Part shown: one piece after another, positions 41,919 to 54,044 of the stretch
Position numbering within the stretch: position 1 is the first letter of the stretch
Layout of the letters: each line of letters begins with the position of its first letter
DNA from: an uncultured Verrucomicrobiota bacterium
GTDB lineage: Bacteria; Verrucomicrobiota; Verrucomicrobiia; Palsa-1439
Assembly: GCA_903825435.1 (NCBI GenBank)
Contig: CAIKAP010000117.1
Coordinates: forward strand, 1-60,018
Direction of reading: 5' to 3'
DNA length: 60,018 nucleotides
The notes under the pieces: generated by a model
Databases searched by the model: none
Told to the model about the DNA's origin: nothing
Seen by the model: only the letters and a program-made list of their open reading frames with translations
Translations under genes and position numbers: made by a program

Positions 41919-42478
41919 AATCTTCGCGAATCATTCTGGCCCTGTTTATCGTGGTGGCGCTGCTGCAACTTGCAGTGCCGGTAAGCCAACTCTGGCGGTA
42001 TGAGCAAACGTTAAGGACAGGTAAGCCGTACAAGTTCCGGACGCGGCCGGTAGATCCTTACGATGCGTTCCGTGGACGGTTTGTGGCGCTGGCGTTCGAG
42101 GAGCACGAAGCGCCGTGGGAGGGCAAGACGACGCCCGTTCACGACACCACGGGTTACGCGGTGCTCGGCAAGGACGCAAACGGGTTCGCGCAGGTCTTGC
42201 GTGTGACGCCAGTAGCGCCGGAGGGTGGCGATTATCTGCGAGTGAAAACGGGCTACTGCGGCGCTTCGAACCGGGTGAGCTACACGTATTCGTTCGACCG
42301 TTTCTACATGGAAGAACGCAAGGCGCCCGAGGCGGAGCGTGTATACCGCGAGAACAATCGCTGGAACACCACCAACCGCAACACCTACGCGGTCGTCCGC
42401 GTCCGCGGCGGCGTCGGCGTGATCGAAAACCTATTCGTCGGTGACAAGTCGATCAACGAGGCTATTCGACGGCCCTGA
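41915..42478 (+). CDS. GDYXXLXY-domain membrane-anchored protein
   Basis: TRPVDPYDAFRGRFVALAF, DRFYMEE; usual partner of DUF2157. Confidence 0.85.
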   Translation: MKSSRIILALFIVVALLQLAVPVSQLWRYEQTLRTGKPYKFRTRPVDPYDAFRGRFVALAFEEHEAPWEGKTTPVHDTTGYAVLGKDANGFAQVLRVTPVAPEGGDYLRVKTGYCGASNRVSYTYSFDRFYMEERKAPEAERVYRENNRWNTTNRNTYAVVRVRGGVGVIENLFVGDKSINEAIRRP

Positions 42479-43253
42479 CGATGTAGCCGCCGGACTTGAC
42501 GTCGGCTTCGAGCTTCAGGAGGTTGCGTTTCTGGGCTTCCAGTAGCAGGTCGTTGAAGCTGCGGAAACCGTGGGCACGTTCGTTGAAGCCGGGATTGCGG
42601 CGTTTGAGGGTCTGCTTGATCATGGAACCGAAGATCGGATCGTCGCCGCGGCGTTCCTGGCTGATGGCGTCGAATGTTTCCACGACCATTTCCAGCGCAC
42701 GGTCGGGGCCGAGCGATTTGCCGTCGGTTTCCGCCGTCTTTGCCGCGGGCGATTGCCGTCGGGCCTTTGACGGTTCGGGACGAACGAGGTCGTCGTAGTA
42801 AAGGAACTCGTCACAATTGTTGATGAAGAGGTCGGAGGTGGAGTTCTTGACGCCGACGCCGATCACGATCTTGTCGTTCTCGCGCAGTTTGCTGACGAGC
42901 GGCGAGAAGTCGGAGTCGCCGCTGATGATGGCGAAGGTGTCAACGTGCTGCTTGGTGTAGCAGAGATCGAGCGCGTCAACGACCATGCGGATGTCGGCGG
43001 AGTTTTTGCCGGACTGGCGGACGTGCGGGATCTCAATCATCTCGAAGGCGGCTTCGTGGAGGTCGCGCTTGAAGACTTTGTAGCGGTCGAAATCGCAGTA
43101 AGCTTTTTTGACGACGATGTGGCCTTTGAGGAGGAGCCGTTCGAGCACCTTCTGAATGTCGAACTTCGGGAAATGCGCGTCGAGAGCACCGAGGGCGATG
43201 TTTTCGAGGTCGAGGAAGACCGCCATGGTGGCGTTGTTTTCGCGGATGCTCAT
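42462..43253 (-). CDS. NYN-domain protein with a C-terminal OST-HTH/LOTUS domain
   Basis: AVFLDLEN, GKNSADIRMVVDA, SGDSDFSPL, CDEFLYYD, FNERAHGFRSF. Confidence 0.92.
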   Translation of the reverse strand: MSIRENNATMAVFLDLENIALGALDAHFPKFDIQKVLERLLLKGHIVVKKAYCDFDRYKVFKRDLHEAAFEMIEIPHVRQSGKNSADIRMVVDALDLCYTKQHVDTFAIISGDSDFSPLVSKLRENDKIVIGVGVKNSTSDLFINNCDEFLYYDDLVRPEPSKARRQSPAAKTAETDGKSLGPDRALEMVVETFDAISQERRGDDPIFGSMIKQTLKRRNPGFNERAHGFRSFNDLLLEAQKRNLLKLEADVKSGGYIVRAVE

Positions 43254-43254
43254 G

Positions 43255-43650
43255 TCAATGTCCTTTCAAAACGCGTTTGGCCGCGCCGAGTTTATCCACG
43301 CGCAGGATGATCGCACCCGTCGTGGTGTCAGGAACGGTGGTGGCGTAGGCGTACTCGATGTTGATTTTCTTAGCTGAAAGTTTGCGGGCAATGGAGGCCA
43401 GTTCGCCGGGATGGTTGGTGCAGGCCAACAGTAATACGTCACGCTCGACGACGAGGACGCCGCGTTCGCCGAGCAAATGCAACGCTTTCTGCGGTTCGTC
43501 CACAACCATGCGCACGACCGCGTGGTCCACGCCGTCGGTGACGGAAATGGCGATGATGTTGACCTTGGCGGCGGCGAGCGTCTTGCAGACGGCGCCAAGG
43601 GTGCCGGGTCTATTTTCCAGAAATAGAGAGAGTTGTTTTACCGTTTTTAT
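43255..43650 (-). CDS. Tandem ACT-domain protein
   Basis: KQLSLFLENRPGTL, NHPGELA, INIEYAY; likely start is ATA at 43650 after GGAGG (alternative ATG at 43680). Confidence 0.85.
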   Translation of the reverse strand: MKTVKQLSLFLENRPGTLGAVCKTLAAAKVNIIAISVTDGVDHAVVRMVVDEPQKALHLLGERGVLVVERDVLLLACTNHPGELASIARKLSAKKINIEYAYATTVPDTTTGAIILRVDKLGAAKRVLKGH

Positions 43651-43780
43651 TGTTATCCTCCGTGTTTGGTTCGAAAGCATAATGGACGCAACCGGCTCCG
43701 CCGTCAACCCTGCTCTTGACATCTCGCCGCTCATGTATTAGTTATACTCATTCAAGCAGTTGATTGAATCAGAATTACTA

Positions 43781-44674
43781 ATGCAGATTGAGGCTCTCAA
43801 AATTTACGCCGACGTCGTCCGCCTCCGCAGTTTCAGCCGCGGGGCGGAGGCGAACGGCGTGTTGCAGTCGGCGGCCAGCCAGGCCGTGAACAGCCTGGAA
43901 CGGCAGCTCGGCGTGTCGTTGATCGACCGGTCGCACCGGCCGTTCGAGGTGACGCCGCAGGGGAAATTGTTTTACAACGGCTGCCGGGAGATCGTGGACG
44001 CGTACTCGGAACTGGAGGCGACGGTGCGCGGCGCGCACAAGAACGCGGACGCCGTGGTGTGCGTGGCTGCGATTTTCTCCATCGGCCTCGGCGACATGAG
44101 CCGGTACGTGCAGCAGTTTTCGCAGACGCATCCGCAGGCGCGGGTGCAACTGGAGTATCTCAATCCGGACCGCGTTTACGAGCGGGTGCTGGAGGAAGCG
44201 GTGGATTTCGGGATCGTCTCGTTCCCGCAACGGCGCAAGGAACTGGCGGTAATTCCGTGGCGCGCGGAGCCGATGGTGCTGGCGTGCCCGAAAGGACACC
44301 GTCTGGCGAAACGGCGCGCCGTCGCGCTCGGCGATTTGAACGGCGAAAAGTTTGTGGCGTTCGACAAGAATTTGGCGATCCGGCGCGAGGTTGACCGGTT
44401 GCTGCGAAAGGCGAAGGCGCGCGTCGAGGTGGCGATGGAGTTCGATAATATCGAGGCGATCAAACGCGCCGTCGAAGTCGGCGCGGGCGTCGCGATCCTG
44501 CCGGAGCCGACGCTGGCGCGCGAGGCGGCGTTGAAGACGCTGGCGGCGGTGCGGCTGGAGGGCGCGGAGTTTTCGCGTCCGCTGGGAATCATTCACCGTC
44601 GCGGCAAGAAGTTTTACCAGAACACGCAGGATTTTCTCGGACTGCTGTTGAAGAATGGAAAAGGACACAAGTAA
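43781..44674 (+). CDS. LysR-family transcriptional regulator
   Basis: SFSRGAE...[40 protein letters not shown]. Confidence 0.95.
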   Translation: MQIEALKIYADVVRLRSFSRGAEANGVLQSAASQAVNSLERQLGVSLIDRSHRPFEVTPQGKLFYNGCREIVDAYSELEATVRGAHKNADAVVCVAAIFSIGLGDMSRYVQQFSQTHPQARVQLEYLNPDRVYERVLEEAVDFGIVSFPQRRKELAVIPWRAEPMVLACPKGHRLAKRRAVALGDLNGEKFVAFDKNLAIRREVDRLLRKAKARVEVAMEFDNIEAIKRAVEVGAGVAILPEPTLAREAALKTLAAVRLEGAEFSRPLGIIHRRGKKFYQNTQDFLGLLLKNGKGHK

Positions 44675-44675
44675 G

Positions 44676-47600
44676 ATGAACGTGAACCAGTGGCGCGCCC
44701 AAGGTTTGTACCACCCGCAATGGGAACACGACGGTTGCGGCGTCGGCTTCGTCGCCGACATCAAGGGGCGACGTTCCAGCAAGATTTTGCGCGACGCGTT
44801 GACGGTGCTCGTCAACCTGCGGCATCGCGGCGCGGCGGGCGCGGAACCGAACACGGGCGACGGCGCGGGCGTGTTGATGCAGTTGCCGCATGAGTACCTG
44901 AAGAAGAAGTCGGACCAACTCGGCATCGCGTTGCCGGGGCCGGGCGAGTACGGCGTCGGCATGATGTATTTACCGCCGCATCCGGCGGATCGGTACAAGT
45001 GCGAAAAACTTTTTGAGGAAATCGTCGAGCACGAAGGCCAGCGGTTTCTCGGCTGGCGCAGCGTGCCGACCGCCGACAGCAAGCTCGGCAAGACGGCGCG
45101 CATCGCACAGCCGATTATCCGTCAGGCGTTCATCGGGCGCAGCGCCGACATTACCGACGCGATGGCGTTCGAGCGGAAGCTGTACATCATCCGCAAGCTC
45201 GCCGAGAAAGGCATCCGCTATTCCACCATCAAAGGCGGCGACTGGTTTTACGTCGCGAGCCTGTCGAGTCGGACGATTGTGTACAAGGGGATGTTGATGT
45301 CGGAACAGTTGCAGGAATTTTATCCGGAGCTGAACGATCCCTCGATGGAAACGGCGCTGGCGCTGGTGCATTCGCGGTTCAGCACGAACACATTTCCGAG
45401 TTGGTATCGCGCGCATCCGTATCGTTACATCGCGCACAACGGCGAGATCAACACGCTCCGCGGCAACGTCAACTGGATGCGCGCCCGCCAGTCCATGATC
45501 GCCTCCGAGGTTTGGGGCGACGAGATCCGTAAACTTTTCCCGATCATCTGCGAGGACGGCAGCGACTCGGCGATGTTCGACAACGTGCTGGAGTTCCTCG
45601 TGCTCTCCGGGCGGTCGTTGCCGCACGCGATGATGATGATGATACCGGAGCCGTGGGAACATCACGAGTCCATGCCCGACGACAAACGCGCCTTCTACGA
45701 ATATCATTCCTGCTTGCAGGAACCGTGGGACGGTCCCGCGTCCGTCGCGTTTACCGACGGCGTCTGCATCGGCGCGTGCCTCGACCGCAACGGACTCCGC
45801 CCGTCGCGTTACTACGTCACCAAAGACGACCGCGTCATCATGGCCAGCGAAGTCGGCGTGCTCGACATCGCGCCAGAAAATATCGCGCACAAAGGGCGGC
45901 TTCAGCCGGGCCGCATGTTCCTCATTGACACGCGCGAGGGGCGCATCGTCGCCGACGACGAACTGAAACAGAAAATGGCGGACGAACATCCGTACCGTAC
46001 ATGGCTTACTAATAGTCTCGTCAAACTCGAACAACTTCCGGAGCCATCGCAAGTTCGCGAGTCGGATCACAAGACCATCGTCCGCCGCCAAAAGGCGTTC
46101 GGTTATACGTTCGAGGATTTGCGTTTGCTCATCGGCCCAATGGCGCGCGACGGCGTCCAGCCGCTCGGCGCGATGGGCAACGACGCGCCGCTCGCCGTGC
46201 TCTCGAACAAACCGCAGTTGCTCTACAGTTATTTCAAGCAACTCTTCGCGCAAGTCACCAATCCTCCACTCGACTGCATTCGCGAGGAGATTATTACCTC
46301 GACCGTCACCCGTCTCGGCTCCGAGGCGAACCTGCTACAACCGAAACCGTCGAGCTGCCGCGTCGTCGAGCTTCCGACGCCGATTCTCACCGAACAGGAA
46401 CTCGCCAAGCTCGAACATCTCGATCTGCCCGGCTTCAAGCCGGTCCGTCTGCCGATTCTCTTCAACGCCACCGACGGCGTTGCCGGCATGGAACGCGCGC
46501 TCGAAGAACTTTTCGCCACGGCCCGCAAAGCCATTCGCGACGGCCATAATCTCATCATACTTTCCGACCGCGGCGTTGACAAAGACCGCGCCGCGATACC
46601 GGCGTTGCTCGTCATCTCCGGACTGCACCATCATCTTATCCGCGACGAATTGCGGACCCGGTGCAGCATCGTGCTCGACTCCGGCGAGCCGCGCGAAGTC
46701 CATCACTTCGCGTTGCTCATCGGCTACGGCGCGAGCGCGATTTGTCCGTACCTCGCGTTTGAAACGCTCGACGACATGATCCGCGAAGGATTATTGCCCG
46801 ACATCGAACACAAGACCGCCGTTAAAAATTACGCCAAGGCCGTCGTCAAAAGCGTCGTTAAAACCATGGCCAAGATGGGCATCTCCACCATCCAGAGTTA
46901 TCGCGGCGCGCAAATCTTCGAAGCCGTCGGACTCAACCAGGCGTTCGTTGATAAATATTTTACATGGACCGCCACGCGCATCGAAGGCGTCGGCATCGAG
47001 GAAGTCGCGCGCGAAGTATTGGCGCGACACCACCACGCATTTCCCGAACGCGAAACCAACGGCGAAGCCCTCGACTCCGGCGGACAATACCAGTGGCGGC
47101 AGGACGGCGAGTATCACCTTTTCAATCCCGAAACCATCCACCTCCTCCAGACCGCCACCCGCACGCCGAGCTACGACGTCTTCAAACAATATTCCGCCGC
47201 CGTCAACAACCAGTCGAAACATCTCTGCACCTTGCGCGGCCTGCTCGACTTCAAGTTCGCCGCCGCGCCGATCCCTCTCGACCAAGTCGAGTCGGTTGAC
47301 AACATCGTCCGCCGTTTCAAGACCGGCGCGATGAGTTACGGTTCCATCAGCCAGGAAGCGCACGAAGCGCTCGCCATCGCCATGAACCGGCTCGGCGGCA
47401 AAAGCAACACCGGCGAAGGCGGCGAAGACCCCGCGCGTTACAAACCGGAACCGAACGGCGACTCCAAAAATTCCGCCATCAAACAAGTCGCGTCCGGACG
47501 TTTTGGTGTTACCAGCAATTACCTCGTCAACGCCCGCGAACTTCAGATCAAAATGGCGCAAGGCGCCAAACCCGGCGAAGGCGGCGAGTTGCCCGGTAAA

Positions 47601-49271
47601 AAAGTTTATCCGTGGATCGCCAAGACTCGCGGCACGACCGCCGGTGTCGGACTTATCAGTCCCCCACCCCATCACGATATTTATTCCATCGAAGACCTCG
47701 CCGAGTTGATCCACGATTTGAAGAACGCCAACCGCGCCGCCCGCATCAGCGTCAAGCTCGTCGCCGAAGTTGGCGTCGGTACCATCGCCGCGGGCGTCGC
47801 GAAAGCGCACGCCGACGTTGTCCTCATCAGCGGCCACGACGGCGGCACGGGCGCGTCGCCGCTCTCCTCGATCAAACACTCCGGCATCCCGTGGGAACTC
47901 GGCCTCGCCGAAACTCACCAGACGCTCGTCTTAAATAATCTCCGCAGCCGCATCGTTGTCGAGACAGACGGCCAACTTAAAACCGGCCGCGACGTCGCCA
48001 TCGCCGCGTTGCTCGGCGCCGAGGAATTCGGATTCGCCACCGGACCGCTCGTCACGCTCGGCTGCATCATGATGCGCGTCTGCCACCTCAACACCTGTCC
48101 CGTCGGCGTCGCCACACAAGACCCGCGCCTCCGCGCGCGGTTCACCGGCAAACCGGAGTACGTCGTCAACTTCATGCGATACATCGCGCAGGAACTCCGC
48201 GAAATCATGGCGCAACTCGGTTTCCGCACCATCAACGAAATGATCGGTCGCACCGACAAACTCGAATTGCGCAAAGCCATTGACCACTGGAAAGCGCGCG
48301 GTCTCGACTTCTCAAAAATTTTGTACCAACCCGAAGTCGAATCCGGAGTCGGGCGACATTGCAGCGACCGACAAGACCACGGCATCACCAATTCGCTCGA
48401 CGTGACGACGCTCCTGAAACTTTGCCAGCCCGCCATCGAGCGCGGCGAAAAAGTCTGCGCCACGCTCCCGATCCGCAACGTCAACCGCGTTGTCGGCACA
48501 ATCACCGGTAGCGAGATCACGAAAAAACACGGCCCCAACGGTCTCCCCGACGACACCATCGCGCTAAACTTTCACGGCAGCGCTGGCCAGAGCTTCGGTG
48601 CGTTCATCCCGAAAGGAATGACGCTGACGCTCGAAGGCGACGCCAACGATTACGTCGGCAAAGGACTCAGCGGCGGTAAGATCATCGTCTATCAGCCGCC
48701 ATGTTCCGGTTTTGTTCCGGAGGAAAATATCATCATCGGCAACGTCGCCTTTTACGGCGCGACCGACGGCGAAGCCTACATTCGCGGCATGGCGGGCGAA
48801 CGGTTCTGCGTCCGCAACAGCGGCGTCACCGCCGTCGCCGAGTCCGTCGGCGACCACGCCTGCGAATACATGACCGGCGGCCGCGTCGTCGTCCTCGGCG
48901 CGACGGGCCGCAACTTCGCTGCCGGAATGAGCGGCGGCGTTGCGTACATTTTCGACGAGCGCGGCGATTTCGCCACGCGCTGCAACCCGGCAATGGTCGC
49001 GCTGGAAAAATTAACCGACGCCGACGAGATCGCCGAACTGCGGCGATTGATCGAACGGCACGGTGATTACACCAAGAGCACGCGCGCGGGGAAAATTCTC
49101 GCCGAGTGGGACGCCAGCGTCCCGCGTTTCGTCAAGGTCATGCCGAAAGATTACAAACGCATCCTCGAATCGCTCGCGCGCGCGAAAGCCGCGGGACTCA
49201 GCGGCGACGAAGCCGTTGCCGCCGCGTTCGAGGAAAACGTCAAAGACATCAGCCGCGTCGGAGGAAACTGA
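44676..49271 (+). CDS. gltB: Glutamate synthase large subunit
   Basis: [70 protein letters not shown] domain; alternative start 44655. Confidence 0.98.
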   Translation: MNVNQWRAQGLYHPQWEHDGCGVGFVADIKGRRSSKILRDALTVLVNLRHRGAAGAEPNTGDGAGVLMQLPHEYLKKKSDQLGIALPGPGEYGVGMMYLPPHPADRYKCEKLFEEIVEHEGQRFLGWRSVPTADSKLGKTARIAQPIIRQAFIGRSADITDAMAFERKLYIIRKLAEKGIRYSTIKGGDWFYVASLSSRTIVYKGMLMSEQLQEFYPELNDPSMETALALVHSRFSTNTFPSWYRAHPYRYIAHNGEINTLRGNVNWMRARQSMIASEVWGDEIRKLFPIICEDGSDSAMFDNVLEFLVLSGRSLPHAMMMMIPEPWEHHESMPDDKRAFYEYHSCLQEPWDGPASVAFTDGVCIGACLDRNGLRPSRYYVTKDDRVIMASEVGVLDIAPENIAHKGRLQPGRMFLIDTREGRIVADDELKQKMADEHPYRTWLTNSLVKLEQLPEPSQVRESDHKTIVRRQKAFGYTFEDLRLLIGPMARDGVQPLGAMGNDAPLAVLSNKPQLLYSYFKQLFAQVTNPPLDCIREEIITSTVTRLGSEANLLQPKPSSCRVVELPTPILTEQELAKLEHLDLPGFKPVRLPILFNATDGVAGMERALEELFATARKAIRDGHNLIILSDRGVDKDRAAIPALLVISGLHHHLIRDELRTRCSIVLDSGEPREVHHFALLIGYGASAICPYLAFETLDDMIREGLLPDIEHKTAVKNYAKAVVKSVVKTMAKMGISTIQSYRGAQIFEAVGLNQAFVDKYFTWTATRIEGVGIEEVAREVLARHHHAFPERETNGEALDSGGQYQWRQDGEYHLFNPETIHLLQTATRTPSYDVFKQYSAAVNNQSKHLCTLRGLLDFKFAAAPIPLDQVESVDNIVRRFKTGAMSYGSISQEAHEALAIAMNRLGGKSNTGEGGEDPARYKPEPNGDSKNSAIKQVASGRFGVTSNYLVNARELQIKMAQGAKPGEGGELPGKKVYPWIAKTRGTTAGVGLISPPPHHDIYSIEDLAELIHDLKNANRAARISVKLVAEVGVGTIAAGVAKAHADVVLISGHDGGTGASPLSSIKHSGIPWELGLAETHQTLVLNNLRSRIVVETDGQLKTGRDVAIAALLGAEEFGFATGPLVTLGCIMMRVCHLNTCPVGVATQDPRLRARFTGKPEYVVNFMRYIAQELREIMAQLGFRTINEMIGRTDKLELRKAIDHWKARGLDFSKILYQPEVESGVGRHCSDRQDHGITNSLDVTTLLKLCQPAIERGEKVCATLPIRNVNRVVGTITGSEITKKHGPNGLPDDTIALNFHGSAGQSFGAFIPKGMTLTLEGDANDYVGKGLSGGKIIVYQPPCSGFVPEENIIIGNVAFYGATDGEAYIRGMAGERFCVRNSGVTAVAESVGDHACEYMTGGRVVVLGATGRNFAAGMSGGVAYIFDERGDFATRCNPAMVALEKLTDADEIAELRRLIERHGDYTKSTRAGKILAEWDASVPRFVKVMPKDYKRILESLARAKAAGLSGDEAVAAAFEENVKDISRVGGN
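48702..48720 (+). repeat. 19-bp direct-repeat motif, copy 9 (perfect), inside gltB
   Basis: TGTTCCGGTTTTGTTCCGG; encodes C-S-G-F-V-P just before EENIIIGN. Confidence 0.9.
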
Positions 49272-49274
49272 TTT

Positions 49275-50759
49275 ATGGGCAAGCCCACCGGATTTCTCGA
49301 AATCAACCGCGAACTCGCCGCCGACACCGCGCCGCGCGAACGCGTCAAACACTGGCAGGAATTTCACGAACACCTGCCGGAAGAAAAACTCCGCGCACAA
49401 GGCGCGCGTTGCATGGACTGCGGCATCCCCTTCTGCCACGTCGGACGCATCCTTGCCGGTGCCGCCGCCGGTTGCCCGATCAACAACCTCATTCCCGAAT
49501 GGAACGACATGGTTTATCGCGGCCTCTGGAAAGAAGCGATTGAACGGCTCCTGAAGACAAATAATTTCCCGGAATTCACCGGACGCGTTTGTCCCGCGCC
49601 GTGCGAAGGTTCGTGCACCGTCGGAATGCACACGCCGCCCGTCACCATCAAACAAATCGAGTGCGAGATTATTGACCGCGCCTTCCGCGAAGGTTGGATC
49701 GCGTCGCAACCGCCCGCCACGCGCACCGGCAAAAACATCGCCGTCGTCGGTAGCGGCCCTGCCGGACTCGCCGCCGCCGCGCAACTCAACAAAGCCGGGC
49801 ACAACGTCACCGTCTTCGAGCGCGCCGACCGCATCGGCGGACTGTTGATGTACGGCATCCCGAACATGAAGCTCGATAAAGAACAAGTCGTCCTCCGCCG
49901 CGTCAAACTCATGGAAAAAGAAGGCGTCAAGTTCGTCACCAACACCGAAGTAGGAAAAAATTATCCGACGAAGAAACTTCGTGCCAATTTCAACGCCGTC
50001 GTCCTCGCCACCGGCGCGACCGTGCCGCGCGACTTGAAGATTGAAGGACGCGCGTTGAACGGAATCTATTTCGCGATGGACTTCCTCGCCGCCAACACCA
50101 AGTCACTGCTCGACGGCAAACGCACCGCTAACTTCATTGACGCCGCCGGTAAAGATGTCGTAGTTATCGGCGGCGGCGATACCGGCACCGATTGCGTCGG
50201 CACTAGCTTGCGACACGGTTGTAGAAGCGTGACGCAACTGGAGATTTTACCGCAACCGCCGCTCGAACGCGCCGCGAACAATCCGTGGCCGGAGTGGCCG
50301 AAAGTTTACAAGCTCGACTACGGTCAGGAAGAAGCCAAAGTGATACAAGGCGCCGACCCGCGAACGTATCTTGTCACCGCCAAGAAATTCATCGGCGACG
50401 CCAGCGGCAACATCAAAGAAATCCTCACCGTCAAAATCGAATGGCAGAAAGATGCCCAAGGCCGGTTCACGCCGAAGGAAGTTCCCGGCACCGAGAAGAC
50501 AATCCCCGCGCAACTCGTGTTGCTCGCGATGGGATTCCTCGGTCCCGACGCCGCGATCCTCAAAGACCTCGGCGTCGCACAAGACGACCGCACCAACATC
50601 AAAGCCGACTACGGCAAATTCGCCACGAGCGTCCGTGGGGTGTTCGCTGCCGGTGATTGTCGTCGCGGCCAGAGCCTCATCGTCTGGGCGATCAACGAAG
50701 GCCGTGCCTGCGCCAGCGAGGTTGACCGCTACCTCATGAGCCAGACCGACCTACCTTAA
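49275..50759 (+). CDS. gltD: Glutamate synthase small subunit
   Basis: [56 protein letters not shown]. Confidence 0.98.
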   Translation: MGKPTGFLEINRELAADTAPRERVKHWQEFHEHLPEEKLRAQGARCMDCGIPFCHVGRILAGAAAGCPINNLIPEWNDMVYRGLWKEAIERLLKTNNFPEFTGRVCPAPCEGSCTVGMHTPPVTIKQIECEIIDRAFREGWIASQPPATRTGKNIAVVGSGPAGLAAAAQLNKAGHNVTVFERADRIGGLLMYGIPNMKLDKEQVVLRRVKLMEKEGVKFVTNTEVGKNYPTKKLRANFNAVVLATGATVPRDLKIEGRALNGIYFAMDFLAANTKSLLDGKRTANFIDAAGKDVVVIGGGDTGTDCVGTSLRHGCRSVTQLEILPQPPLERAANNPWPEWPKVYKLDYGQEEAKVIQGADPRTYLVTAKKFIGDASGNIKEILTVKIEWQKDAQGRFTPKEVPGTEKTIPAQLVLLAMGFLGPDAAILKDLGVAQDDRTNIKADYGKFATSVRGVFAAGDCRRGQSLIVWAINEGRACASEVDRYLMSQTDLP

Positions 50760-50774
50760 TTTGCTCCGCCGACA

Positions 50775-50809
50775 GCGACAAAAATTGCCCATTTCAGCGT
50801 TTTTGTCGC
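50775..50809. terminator. Inverted repeat after gltD (possible terminator or operator)
   Basis: GCGACAAAAA-N15-TTTTTGTCGC; no clear U-tail. Confidence 0.4.
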
Positions 50810-50987
50810 GTGTTACTTGCAAACCGAGGTCCGGATGAGCTTTTGGCACTATCCTACTCTTTTTCTACTACTTGCGCTTATTTCCGCCTACTTTCGCCTA
50901 CTAACAAACCTCGTGTCATCTCACAGAGGTCAACATCATGCTGACCGGAACAGGCGGTTGACCTGCGGCGGGGTGTTGGGGTAGCCT

Positions 50988-51287
50988 GTGCGTGTGATTC
51001 CGGCAACTGACAGGGTAGTTCCGACACGCCGCGAGCTGGAGCGCACGTTCATCAAACTGATCGTCGTGCTCGGCGCACTGGGGCCGACTGTGCTGGCATC
51101 GCTCAACGTTTGGGGCGCCAACCAGTGGGTGCTGGCTAGCGCGATTGTGTTCTATGCGATCGCGCTCGGTGCAACGGCGTGGTGGCTTGAGAAACAGACG
51201 CGTTGGAGCGGTGTGGGGTTATGCCTGACGGTGCTGCTGCTGGGGATGCTGGTCGTCTATCTCACACACCGCCGTGTCTTGCGATGA
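50988..51287 (+). CDS. Small hypothetical membrane protein (3 TM)
   Basis: 99-aa ORF with three hydrophobic segments. Confidence 0.5.
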   Translation: MRVIPATDRVVPTRRELERTFIKLIVVLGALGPTVLASLNVWGANQWVLASAIVFYAIALGATAWWLEKQTRWSGVGLCLTVLLLGMLVVYLTHRRVLR

Positions 51288-52365
51288 GCCGCAGGAGTTC
51301 CTTCTCGAACAGGGCGCTGTCCATCGGCAGCTCCACCGTCTGTTCCTGAAGCGAGGAGAGTAACATCGCGTTGGCGAGTTCGACCGAGCGGATCCCCTCA
51401 GAGGCAGGCGCAATCAATGGCGAGCCATCGAGGATCGCGTCCACGAAGTTGCGCACAATCGCCATGTGTTGGCCGCCGATGTTTTGAACCGGAATGACGG
51501 TTGTCTGTGTTGGCGGCGCGGCAAACAGTTCCTTGGCCGTGCGGCTGAACTCGGAGGCGGGCACTTCGTTGCGCGTGAAAGTGAGTATGCCGTTCTCGAA
51601 AACGAACCGGCCATTTTCGCCGGCGATTTCGAGACGGTTAGTGCCGGGGGCTTCGCCGGTGGAGGCGATGAATGTGGCGGTCAGGTTGTTGTCGTAGTCG
51701 AGGTAGGCGGTGACTTCGTCCTCGACTTCGATGTGGTGGTATTTGCCGAAGTGACAGAAGGCGCGGATGCGGCGGGGCATACCGATGAGCCATGGAAGAA
51801 GGTCGAGTTGGTGCGGGCACTGGTTCAGCAGGACGCCGCCGCCTTCGCCCGACCATGTGCCGCGCCATGGGGCGCTGGCGTAGTAGGCGGCGGGCCGAAA
51901 CCAATTGGTGATGGTCCAGTTGAGACGGCGGACTTCACCTAGTTCGCCGTCGTGAATCATCTGGCGGATTTTTAGGAAGACCGGGTCGGTCCGCATCATG
52001 AACATTGCGGCAAAGACTTGGCGCAGGTCGGTGTGTGCGGCTATTAGGCGTTCGGCGTCGGCTTTGTGGACGGAGATCGGTTTGTCCACAAGGACGTGGA
52101 GGCCGTTACGCAGTGCGTCGGCGCCAATGGTGGTGTGGGAGTAGTGCGGTGTCGCAATGAGAACCGCGTCAACCGCGCCGGAGCGAATAAGGTCTTCGCT
52201 GCGGGTGAAGGCGCGCGCTTGCGGAAACTTCGCCAGCTGCACGGGGTTACGCGCACAGACGGCGGCCAGCTTACAACGCGGAACAACTCCCGCCGCAATC
52301 TGTTCGGCGTAGCGCGCGCCCATGGCGCCTATGCCGATGCTGCCGAGTCGAATCGTCGCCGTCAT
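51262..52365 (-). CDS. Gfo/Idh/MocA-family oxidoreductase
   Basis: IGIGAMG, DAVLIATPHYSH, HVLVDKP, GGGVLLNQCPHQLD, IEVEDEVTA. Confidence 0.93.
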   Translation of the reverse strand: MTATIRLGSIGIGAMGARYAEQIAAGVVPRCKLAAVCARNPVQLAKFPQARAFTRSEDLIRSGAVDAVLIATPHYSHTTIGADALRNGLHVLVDKPISVHKADAERLIAAHTDLRQVFAAMFMMRTDPVFLKIRQMIHDGELGEVRRLNWTITNWFRPAAYYASAPWRGTWSGEGGGVLLNQCPHQLDLLPWLIGMPRRIRAFCHFGKYHHIEVEDEVTAYLDYDNNLTATFIASTGEAPGTNRLEIAGENGRFVFENGILTFTRNEVPASEFSRTAKELFAAPPTQTTVIPVQNIGGQHMAIVRNFVDAILDGSPLIAPASEGIRSVELANAMLLSSLQEQTVELPMDSALFEKELLRLIARHGGV

Positions 52366-52519
52366 TCGAATAGCAAGACGGCAAGGAACGCCACCAACGA
52401 GTTCTTGTTCTTACTGACGTTCAACGTGGTCTAGCCCTCCTGAGGTTGCTGCGCTCCATCCTTACCACGTCCAACGCCGATGCCAACTCCAAATTACTCA
52501 TGGATCTTGCAATTGACGA

Positions 52520-52924
52520 ATTGCCGACGAGATCGAGAAGATTCTCCGACACCTCGGCCCGTAGGAAGATGCACCACCGGACACACGAGCCCCGCCGCGA
52601 CCAATTGAACGCGAGTTCACCTACGAGCCGTTTTACGATGACTTCCCAACCGGCTCACGCGACTGGTATGCGGACTGATTCACCGATCGCCATCGGTGGC
52701 AATGGAATCGGTATCACTTCGAGCGCGCCAACCGTACAATCGCGAACAGAAAGAGGCATGGAATGCGGCACGGAGACAAACACGGAAGATGGCGGAAGGC
52801 AAATGAAGGCCGACCGAACTAACCGTCGGGCATTTTCGGATGCTAAGCTACGGACAGGGCGGATCAGGACGGCCAGTTTCGTTCCCCCTTTTAACCCCCT
52901 CCGCAAAACCGAATTCCTATCAGT
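52520..52924 (+). mobile_element. Remnant of an IS91-family (rolling-circle) element: transposase C-terminal tail plus putative ori end
   Basis: 52520..52678 reads EIEKILRHLGP*EDAPPDTRAPPRPIEREFTYEPFYDDFP; ILRHLG...RAPP resembles IS91-type transposase C-termini; followed about 210 bp later by the repeat ending GAATTCCTATCA. Confidence 0.65.
52891..52924 (+). repeat. 34-bp ori-like direct repeat R1
   Basis: TTAACCCCCTCCGCAAAACCGAATTCCTATCAGT. Confidence 0.92.
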
Positions 52925-53028
52925 AACTCGCGGCAGCGGTTGAGGCGGCACGGCGCGCATGATGCTGGATTCGCTTGTTGTTTGTTGGTTGACAATCCGT
53001 CTCATTCGGTGTTTTTAACCACAACAAT

Positions 53029-53760
53029 ATGAAAAAACTCCTCTTGAGTTCATTGGTGTTGACTTGCCTGTGCGGCGTGACGTGGGCGCAGCAGCCGGTT
53101 GCTGACTTAAAACTGGATTTCAACAGGTTGAAATCGTGGGACACGAAGCGCTACGAGATGCTCGTGCCGTATTCAGTCACGACCGCTCTAGGTGGCCAGA
53201 CTAACAAGCAGGTTAACATCAACCACGCAGGCATCTCCACCATGGCAACTGAAGTGACCGGCGATTCGCTGATTCTGACCGAAACGATGGAGCGTCAGAA
53301 GATGAAAATGGTTTACCATTGTCGGAAAGACAACGGGTTGGCACTTCTGAAATCAGATATGACCATGGGCAACCAGACCGCCATCGCCGAATTCAAGGAC
53401 GGGAAAATGTCGGTTACGGCGAACGGCAAGGTACATGAGATGCCATTCCCGGAAGATACGTTGGTTGAGCCGGCCTTTCTGCGGTTGGTTACGCTATTGC
53501 CGCGTGAGAAGGGTGGCCGTTTTTCGTTTAAGCACTGGAGTGAAATGCGAGGGGGGCCACCCTCGGATTCCGTGCCGATGACGAAAGCGCCGCTGGTCAT
53601 CGTTTGCGAAGGCGAAGATACGATCAAGCTGGCCGGTAAGGATGTGCGCGGCACAAAATACAATCTCGGCAATCGTTATCTGGCTTGGGTTCGTGACGAC
53701 GGTACGCTGCTGCGATACGAATTGCCCGGCCGCACCATCTTGGAACTCGTCGCGAACTGA
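53029..53760 (+). CDS. Secreted hypothetical protein (beta-rich)
   Basis: MKKLLLSSLVLTCLCGVTWA signal peptide, 243-aa ORF. Confidence 0.8.
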   Translation: MKKLLLSSLVLTCLCGVTWAQQPVADLKLDFNRLKSWDTKRYEMLVPYSVTTALGGQTNKQVNINHAGISTMATEVTGDSLILTETMERQKMKMVYHCRKDNGLALLKSDMTMGNQTAIAEFKDGKMSVTANGKVHEMPFPEDTLVEPAFLRLVTLLPREKGGRFSFKHWSEMRGGPPSDSVPMTKAPLVIVCEGEDTIKLAGKDVRGTKYNLGNRYLAWVRDDGTLLRYELPGRTILELVAN

Positions 53761-53764
53761 CCGG

Positions 53765-53960
53765 CTACTTCACCTCGAAAAACTTTTCCTTCTTCGCGCC
53801 GCAGACATCGCAGTGATCGGGTTGATCGCCAATGTGGGTGTGCCCGCAGATTGAACAGACCCAAATGGACGCGCCAGCGAGATCTTTTCTGGCTTTAATC
53901 TGCGCCAACGCCCGTGAATAGAGGCCGTGGTGGATTTCCTCGACAGCCAACGTATTCTTA
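53765..53960 (-). pseudogene. Rubrerythrin C-terminal fragment truncated at repeat R2
   Basis: KNTLAVEEIHHGLY (ExxH) plus rubredoxin-like CSICGH...CDVCGA; N-terminal helices missing. Confidence 0.82.
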
Positions 53961-53992
53961 ACCCCCCTCCGCAAAACTGAATTCCTATCAGT
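53958..53992 (+). repeat. 35-bp ori-like direct repeat R2
   Basis: TTAACCCCCCTCCGCAAAACTGAATTCCTATCAGT. Confidence 0.92.
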
Positions 53993-54044
53993 TCAGTACG
54001 GCCACCACGGAAACATAATTGCATTCGTTCCCAAGATTTTGCTC

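Noticed and set aside
50848-50905. Loose CCTACT/CTACT repeats downstream of gltD
   Set aside because: Irregular spacing and low complexity; no function can be supported
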